Source: Botryllus schlosseri
Lineage: Eukaryota
DNA length: 64,000 nt
Reading direction: 5' to 3'
Assembly: GCA_051294905.1 (NCBI GenBank)
Contig: CM119372.1
Coordinates: 14,076,001 to 14,140,000, forward strand
Below, piece by piece: positions 25,501 to 34,500 of the stretch (positions are counted from its first letter, which is position 1; each line of letters starts with the position of its first letter). The notes under the pieces are model-generated. The model did not search any database. It was not told the DNA's origin and saw only the letters and a program-made list of their open reading frames with translations. The translations under genes were made by a program, and so were the position numbers.

Positions 25501-28500
25501 TATCCCCCTCCCCCAACCCTAAACTTGGGACACCCTTACCCCAACCTTATCCCTAACCTGCCTCCAACCCACATATCCCCTCCCCAACCCTAATATCCCT
25601 CTCCCCAGCCCTAATACTGCCATTTGTACCGGGCAATATCATCAATGGATGCTTTTACCACCTTAAGTGACTACACCTTCAGAGAATAGAGTGTGTATTC
25701 ACACCCATAGGAATGAAAAGGGTGGTACACGAAATCAGAACCTAACTCAGAATTATATCGCGGTCTTAAATCCTATACGTGCCTACGTATGTATATCTTC
25801 GTACATCCCTACGTGCATGCATAACTTGGATTACAATGTTGTACTCGATTTATATCGTAGCAGAAGACTGGGGTAGGTTCTGGTTTCGTCTACAAGGGGT
25901 GTATATTCACACCCCTATATCAGGGGTGGTAGACGGGTGGAAATACACACTCTTTTCGCCAAGAGCGTACTAGCAAAACACGGTGCGTAGTGGCGTGTTT
26001 CATTCGCCTTTGGCCTGGATTTTAAACACTTATAGATAATTACCCCAAGTTTGTCGTAATCAATACCTCCGTATGGATTAACTTCCGCTTTGGCCAACTC
26101 TTTTATTGCATCCATTTCTTCTTGAGTGTCAGCATAAAAAAATCTTTTGAACAAAAATAAAAACATTATGCTCACAGTGCAAGACAGTGACACATATATG
26201 ATCTGCTGAAAGTGTGTGTAATAAGAAACGCCGGTAACGATGTTGTTGTAATAGACGACGATGTTACTTGTTTTCTCCATCTATTACCGTTATTACCGCA
26301 ATTTGTTCCAGTTATAATTCATGTCTCGTGATTTAAAGAAAAATAAAACGCTACTCGCACCTGTTAAAATTGCAAATTGTTATCGCTGGCATTTCTAGCG
26401 TCGCGTTGTATTGCTCGACAATTGAAGTAGTAGTTTCACGAGCAAAATAGGCTTGGATCCGTATGGTCACCTATAGATTATAGTATCGATAGATTTGCAG
26501 GATATCGCACATAATACTTGAGAGAGACATTCGGTTCATGCGTCTTTTGTTTCATGCATACATTCCTTTGCAAAATATGCTGTGGACTTAAATCAGGGGT
26601 GTCAAACCAGGGTTGTAATGACTCGAGTCAAGATTATATGATGACTCGACTTGACTAGAACCATTTTTTTTTCAAATCAGCGAACAGTGTGGTACTCAAT
26701 GACGAGTTTTTAAAGACATCATTGACATATAAAATAGGGTTACCATACGTCCTCCTTTGGGGGGATTTTTCCCTTTTTTTCAGGTTTTTGAACGCCTAAA
26801 TGTCCTCCTTTTTGCCAATTCGTCCTCCTTTACAGCTTTTACAGCTAGAACAATCAACAGTAAACCAGAAACAGCAAAGACGGACGTTCGAGCGGTTAGG
26901 TCGTGGTTCGATCGAACGTGACGACCTTTTTTTGGGTCGACAAAACTAAATTTAGGTAAAAGGGGTGTAAATCGGGAGTCGAACGAAAGTGATGACCTTT
27001 TAGTCAAATCACCAAATTTTACAGAAAAATACCGAAATCCGCTGTTTTCAGTCTTGATCAACTAACTTTTCTGCTTTGGTAAAAATGTCCTCCTTTCCCG
27101 ATTCCAAAATATGGTAACCCTAATATAAAGGAAAAGTAAAAAGGACCGGCTCAAGCACTCAGCCTTGCTGAACACCACAGGTAATAAGGTGGGCTGAGGA
27201 CAAGGTGTTATGGATATTGAAACCATTTTTGTCGTCCAGACGGTAGCTTTTCATGAACCCTAGTTTTGGACCGCGGAATCCTTCGCGCGCTGCTTTCGAG
27301 AGGAGAATACTGTGATCTATACGCAGTCAAACGCTTATTTTAGATTTTAAAATGCTACACCCTATACTTCGTTTCTGCAAGACGTCATAGTACTGTTCAG
27401 CCACTGTCAGAAGGGCATGTGAGATTTGGTGCTTTTTGCGGAAGCCAAATTGTTGAGGATATATGATTGACATCTTGGCAAGGAACGAAGATAGGCGGGA
27501 GAGGAGCAATTTTTCGAATCCAATTACGATTGACGGGAGAACAGAAATATGTCGGTAGTTGTTAACATTAGTTCTATCCCCAGCTTTGTACACCGGGCCT
27601 GTAATAGGCGATATTAGGTCCTACATTGCAAAAATATTTGTTGACGTAATTCGAGATGGCCACAGCAGGATCTGTCAGATTGTCCCCTGAAGTTGAGTTC
27701 GTGATTTCCAAAACAGCATAGAAATATGCCAACTTATCGTCGCTATAGCGCCACTATTCTAAAGGTTCATAAATGCTTACAGCCGGAAATCATCTCATTT
27801 TTGCCAATTCGATTGATGCGAATGTTGCTAGTTGCTAATACAATCCTCTATTATCCGTGATACAGTGTTAATATATTATTTTATACATGCTTGATAATAA
27901 AGTATTCATGTGAAAAGCAAGTGCATGAGGTAATATTTTGGAATCATTGACCGGTCCGCGAGCGATTTGAAGGTTTGAATTCGGTCTGCGACACAATTTG
28001 AGTTCAACACAGCTGACTTAAATCATAGATATAGGCCTACCCATTGATATATCAAGTATATAGGTTATATCAGGTTGGTTAAGGACTGCGAGCAGGTCGG
28101 GCGGCATTGAAGGGACCCTCGTGGGCCGCATAGTCGAAACGCCCATGTAATAGAAAAGACTCCATTTGAAGTCTCGATACTCGACCCGGGGCCTACGATA
28201 CGAATATCGTAGGGCCCGCTCGACCTAATTAATGGCTAGGGTAAGCTATGGGCACATTGGATCAGTGGTTCTCAAACTGGGGGTCGCGCGAAGCTGCGGA
28301 AAACTGAAAAATTGTTCGCGCTCGGCGCGATTTACGTCCGATTTGTAGTTATATGTTAATTTCATATTTGAGAATTTTCTCATCAACAGTCAGAACTAGG
28401 GCAAGTTTTTGCAATTTTTTTTACAGCTTACGACAGCTTACTAGATACTCATAATCTATGTACTATGATGTTTTAAGCTGTTTGAAGGGATTTTATAGTG

Positions 28501-31500
28501 CAACTTTTTGCAACTTTTCTCTATTTTTCATGCCAATTTTTACTGCAACTTTCATCAAATATTTCGTTAAAATGTAAAGGAGTCATTTAAAAACATGCTA
28601 TAAACTATTTCTAGTATGGTTCTATTCTCTTTTATTTGCAAAACAAAGAGCTATATGATGGATTAGTTGAATCTCACTGTTATCTATGACACAATGGCTT
28701 GCAAGCAATAAGTTCAACTACCCCTGCCAAGCACGACTGTGTCCGAACAATATGTAAATAGTTCGCTTTAATAATTCTGTCGTTTAAATTTGAAATAGTT
28801 TCCCATTTCACGAGCGCCTAGGCGAGACTGCCGAAAATTACATTTTCACTTGAGTCACCTTTTTCAGGCTATTGCTTTTGTTAAAGGCACAGAGAGCGAG
28901 TTTTTCTGTAATGCCTTGAGTCAAGTTTGCAGACCTAGGGGGTTTGGGTGTGTTATTTGACTTGTTTTAGTGGGAGAGGGTTACAGCTATGCTGTTTGGC
29001 TCTTTTGGGGAAATTATTCCAGCATTGCGTAATTTTCTATGTGCCGGAGAAAATGTAATTTTGGGCGGTTTCGCCAGACGTTGCGACGTCGCCAATGCGT
29101 TAAATGGCAATAAAGTAACAAATTAGACAGCTCTGCAGGAACTAGGTTATACAACGGAACCTTTCGAGTATGTCATACCCTAATAATTCAACAAAAATTA
29201 TAAATGCAACTTTTTACTGCAACTTTTGTTAAAATTAAATGCAACTGTCTCGCGATTTTAGTGCAACAAAAACTTGCCCAAGTCATAGCCTTCCATGTCA
29301 TCAAACTATCCGTTGGGATTTCTAGCATTCTGGTTGCATTTTGTGATATGACGATACGGGGCGCGCGAAATATTTCACTATCATTAAGGGAGGCGTGTAT
29401 AAAAAAGTTTGAGAACCACTGCATTGGATAAAGGGACACAATGATGCATCGTGAATATATTGAAAACCCTACATGAAGAATAAACATCCCTTCTATGGTT
29501 TAGTGGTGTCATATCAGTAGTAATCCTGACGCTCTGGAGTGGATAATTTGAATTAATCCGTGGATATCCCAAGACAGATTTAATTTTTTTCGCTCAAACC
29601 CTTAAAAACATTCCTTGAAGTGCCACGAAGTAAATGGTAGACAATAAGGTTATTTTACCACCCCCTAATGCAAGGGTCGCTAACTCAAAACGGGTCGCCG
29701 GCCACTTTTCAAATCTAGTTGCGGCCGCGCGCCGCACGACTTCAATATCGATATAAAATAAGCAACACCGTTTTAAAACTTAACGTCAGTATAACACGGT
29801 GCTATACCTAACACATGCGATGTGCATGTGCATAGTGTAGTGATCTCTGCCCTATAATGAATGTATCGACATGCATGCTCAGTAATTCATAGCTTAACAC
29901 TATCCCATTTTCCCCCACCGCTAGTCCCATTTGCGCCATAAGCGCTTTTCAAGTGGCTGTGCTTTCGTTATTTATTCGCATTTTGGAATCTTTTCATTGA
30001 AAATATGCGTTTCATTGTCGCCCATCGTCTCATTGCTTAAGTTCATTTGTATTTCTGTATTGAAAATGAGCGACGAAAAATGTGTTTTATGGTCCATTGT
30101 GCTCCGCCTTCCCTTACCGCTCCGACAATATCTTATACAGACAGGAAGCAGTGTTGGGATGACTCGAGTCATGACTTGACTCGAGTCAGACTCGAGTCAA
30201 CTTTTTCTTATGACTTGACTTGACTCGAGTCACTTTGCAAAAATGACTTGACTTGACTTGACTTTGCGCCTCAGAAATGTGGTTTGACTCGTGACTCGGA
30301 GCAAAATTTACGAGTCAATTTCAAGTCATTAAGTAAACGATGTCGATTAAATCAACCTATCTTGTGTACGTTTGGTTTGTTCGCGATACGCCAGTGTCAC
30401 TTGTGAGAGCAACCAGTAATTCACTGCTTGTACGTTTCACTGATACTCCATTGTGACATCACAAACAAATTGACCGCAAACGCAACGATCACAGTTTACG
30501 TTGTCGTGGTAGCAGTAGAAATCTAATAGCAACGTATCTTTGTTTCTTATACAGCTCAGTTCTTACATTGCGTAGTGCTTACCTTTACCAACACTCATGT
30601 ATGATTTAAATCAGACGAATATAGTTTATGCCAGGGGTTCTCAACTTTCCTTGCGTAACGGGCCGCATTTTAACAGCAAAAAGCGCTGCGGGCCGCAGAA
30701 CATTACTACCGTATATTCGTGGACTAAACTATTATATTTAGGCTAATATAGCCTATTTACCAGTCGTGTATGGGCATTTAGTTTGTATGCATTCTACAGC
30801 ATAATGGACAGCGTTCGTAAGCTTTTAGTTGCTGTTTCTAGTGAAATTGTGTCATCTTCCGAAGGAACAATAAATCTCTTCATGAAGCGTGCATTGCATT
30901 CGTTCCCAAGTCGGTATGTGCACCTTCAAACCCTTGCACCAGAGAACTGAACTCTCTGTTTCAATGCGTGAGCGAGCAAGTATAAAACTACGGTAACTTT
31001 TTATTTACAGAGACCATTGTCACTTTGGGCTCTCAGTGATATCAGAAGAAGTCTCATGTCCGGGGCAGAGATGGAAGCGGGCCGGGTGAGCCGGACCCGA
31101 ACCCGGCCCGAACCCGACAAGTTCAGCCCGAACCCGGCCCGAACCCGACGGTCGAGTTTTGAGCCCGTTTCGGCCCGAAACCAAGTTCAAATAGCAATTT
31201 TAAACTGTTGCGAGCAAATAAGCTGATATACGATTCAAATTTCGAGCTTTTCAACGCTTTCAATGCTCTCACTTTGTTTTCTTTCGATAGCAATCTTGCA
31301 TATGGCAAGAGAACTTGATATATCTGAATGAGAATACGCTGAAAACAGCCCCACTGTTAACCTAGTTCCACCATCCTTTTTGCAAAATGTGAACTGTATT
31401 AAATGGTTCAATATTAAACTAAATTAAAGAAATAAAGGAATGAAATTGGCCAAGATGAGAAAAATAGTGTGTTCAAAATACAAGTCAACTGTCATCCATA

Positions 31501-34500
31501 CAAAGGGCGTTGCATTCACACGTTATACGAAGAATTGATTATTTCAATAGCCTCAACAGTTACTGGATACAGTCGGGTTCGTCTCTCAATTTGTAAATGG
31601 GTAATGTATTGCATCTTATCAATTTGTTCTCAATCAATTCTCTATTCTCTATTTTGGCTGGTGACTATCAACGTAGTTTACCAGTTCTACGTATATGTGA
31701 GCGATACAGCGCCTTCTTGCGTGTATATTCAACTCTATATTCGTTTAGCGGTTCAGAATCAGGGACCACTCAATATGTATTTCAGACAGCTAGCAAAATG
31801 CAATGATGCAATCATGCCTCATACTTCGAAATGGCAACTTGACTTGAATTGTGACTTGACTCGTGACTTGACTTGACTTGACCCGACTTGACTCGAGTCA
31901 CCTCCAAAAACCGAGTGACTTGACTTGACTCGAGTCAGCTTTGAAAATCGATTGACTTGATTTGACTCGAGTCAAAATGCGCAATGACTCGAAATGACTC
32001 GTGACTCGAAGGTAGTGACTTGATCCCAACACTGCTATATAACAATACTACCGCTGTCACATAGCCTAATACAATATAAGTTAGTTTCCGTATAGACCTA
32101 AAGCAATTTACCATGGACGACAAAATCACTATGGCGCATCTAAAAGCTTTCTTTAATAAATATTACCACCGCCGTAACACATCTATCGATCAATTCTGCT
32201 GTGCCACAACGGAAGCCGTCGTCTCATCACCTGCTTCTAGCTGTTCAGTTCAGCATGCCTCATCGAAATTAAAACTAAATTGGTAGTAATCCAGGCTATC
32301 CATCCATCCGTAAGTCATGTTTTCGTCACAATGTGGCCTGAACAATGATCAATGTCTGGCGTATTTGGGACACTTGTTTACTATTTAGCTGACATTGTTT
32401 CATTACTCAATCATAGTCTTCGGGCCGTCTTATAATGAAGTTTATCTGGGTTCATACTTCGTATAAAATTTATTCACAGATATTGCCATACTTATACGTG
32501 ATACGGTATTGGTGTATCTTATATGTAGTTGTGCCACTTTCGAACAAAATTGCAAATCAAATTTGTATATGAAGTCAATGCTTTTCGTAGTGACTATTCG
32601 GCCCGATTAAATCCCCATAATTTTTATAACTTTGGGCCCGAACCCGGCCCGAACCCGGCCCGAACCCGGCCCGAACCCGAAAAGCCCGGCCCGACTTCCA
32701 TCTCTGGTCCGGGGTAATTTCTGAGCAAACCAATCAACCATTCTCCTTTCCTTCCATGGCTGATGCCCTGCACCAATAGTTACAGATGTCAGCTTTGTAA
32801 TTAAGTTGATGTTGTTTGCTAGTCCCCTCTCCCCACGTTTGCCCATCCAGCATTACGTCTACAAATATATCCACTCTGATAGAATATCTCAATACAATTA
32901 GCGTTGCAATGTCCGTAGATTTGTCCAATGCTAGGTTAAAGTAGTCTACGGGGCAACGCGTTTCAAAACATGCGACGAAAGATTAACTGACATTGCTGTT
33001 ACTCTTCTTGTCACGGTTGAATCAGACAACGGCAGCTTCGAAATGAAGTTGTCCTTGCTGCAAAATTCCGGAAACAGCGTAGATTCGCACATTATAGTAA
33101 CGTTTTGTTGGAGAAACACATTCTCTAACAGATTTCGTGGGTTTAGCGATACACCAAGCAATTTGGAACCATGCATTTTAAACGTCGTCGGTAATCTCAA
33201 CAATGCCTCAAAATATGGATTGCTTAGCCTGAGACCTAGCTAGCAACGCTTTTTTCTAAGATCAGGTGACATGTGTAACTCGAAATGGAACTGTCCCGAA
33301 GACCTATTCAGAACAATTAGAATCTAAACTCGACCATATATCAAGAAACCAGAAAACATTGCAGAATGAGAATAAATAAAACGAAACAGAGACGGAGCGA
33401 TAAGAGAGCTTTAGTAGCTAAATTGATACAGTGTACACAACATAACTGTGCCGGTAATAATTGCGATCATATTGAAAGATCTCGCGGGCCACAGAAAAAG
33501 CGTCTGCGGGGCGCATGCGGCCCGCGGGTTGAGAACCCCTGGTTTATGCGTTTATATTCTCATGAATGTTTTGGTGGGATGGTAGTGTATTGTACCACAT
33601 AAATTTGTTCATCTTCTGGAGGCTTCGTATTCGATCCTCTAAATTGGCTGATCCTCATAATAGCAGATTGTAGCATGAAGCTATACAGTCACTCGCGTAT
33701 TTTATTAGCAGTTCAATACCTTTTTGCATGTATATTTAACTTTATATTCGTTATTTGATTCAAGATAAAGGCCACTTCGTCTGTCGAAGGTAGTGACTTG
33801 ATCCCAACACTGACAGGAAGGCAAAAAGTGATTCGTGTTGTGACGTCATATGTTCGTGTTCACAGCGAACCTTTAAGAGCAGTGGTTCTTGAACTGGGGA
33901 GTGTGAAAAAATGGAAGGGGGTCGCAAAGCCAACTGAGAGTATGATGCATTCTCGAACTCATAATTAGTTGGATTTGTGCTGGAACTTAGACGTGTTCAA
34001 CAACGGCAATGACCATGATTTTAATTGGATTTTAAACGTTATCACTGCGTCTTACTGTCAATATATACAGATACAGATATACGCCGATGCTTGATTTTGA
34101 CTGAATTGAGATGTCGGACCAACTGGTAAACATATCGGAGTTGAGAGTATAACTGTTTTGAACTCAAGGGATACTTTAGTCGGTGCTATAGGTAAGGGAT
34201 TGACTGACTGGCCGCTAATTTGAAAATACTACTTTTTCATGCTCTCCTGTTGAGGCAAATTCAATAAATGATCTTGCTATCTATCTATTAATAAGCACCG
34301 GTGCAGCGTTCGTCAAAAGACGCGAAGGTATGGTTAAATTTGATATTTCCCTATAAGGCCGTGTCGTATGCAATGCATCAAATGCCTTTTGAATCGAATA
34401 AACAAAGATTTTGATCGAAGCTGTTTACAACGGCGAAGTAGACATTCCTGGTATATCAAGCTAGGTCATATTTTGTATCATCTCACTCTTATGAAGCAGC

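Larger units (their letters stand above)
26594..28015 (+). mobile_element. Charlie/Buster-type hAT MITE with nested MITE and LINE fragment
   Basis: Left TIR CAGGGGTGTCAAAC, decayed right TIR GTTCAACACAGCTG; perfect TSD ACTTAAAT. Confidence 0.82.
30632..33541 (-). mobile_element. Charlie/Buster-type hAT deletion derivative with transposase remnants
   Basis: TIR CAGGGGTTCTCAAC; perfect TSD GTTTATGC; minus-strand fragments KLPLSDSTVTRRVTAMS and LALDKSTDIA (~33050-32900) resemble the Buster/Charlie 'PLS..TV.RRI' and 'LALDESTD' motifs. Confidence 0.9.
30149..33812 (+). mobile_element. hAT-type MITE (CAGTGTTGGGAT TIR; GACTT/GACTCGAGTC arrays), outer shell of a four-tier nest
   Basis: Matching TIRs; perfect TSD ACAGGAAG; same family as 35251-36204. 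Confidence 0.9.

Noticed and set aside
25455..25615. Interstitial telomere
   Set aside because: CCCTAA occurs once per ~20-bp unit rather than as tandem hexamers.
30149..30310. GACTT/GACTCGAGTC arrays (and GTAATC, GGAGTC, CCCGAA arrays elsewhere) as CRISPR-like or satellite repeats
   Set aside because: No constant repeat-unique spacer structure; they sit directly inside TIRs with TSDs, so they are transposon subterminal repeats.
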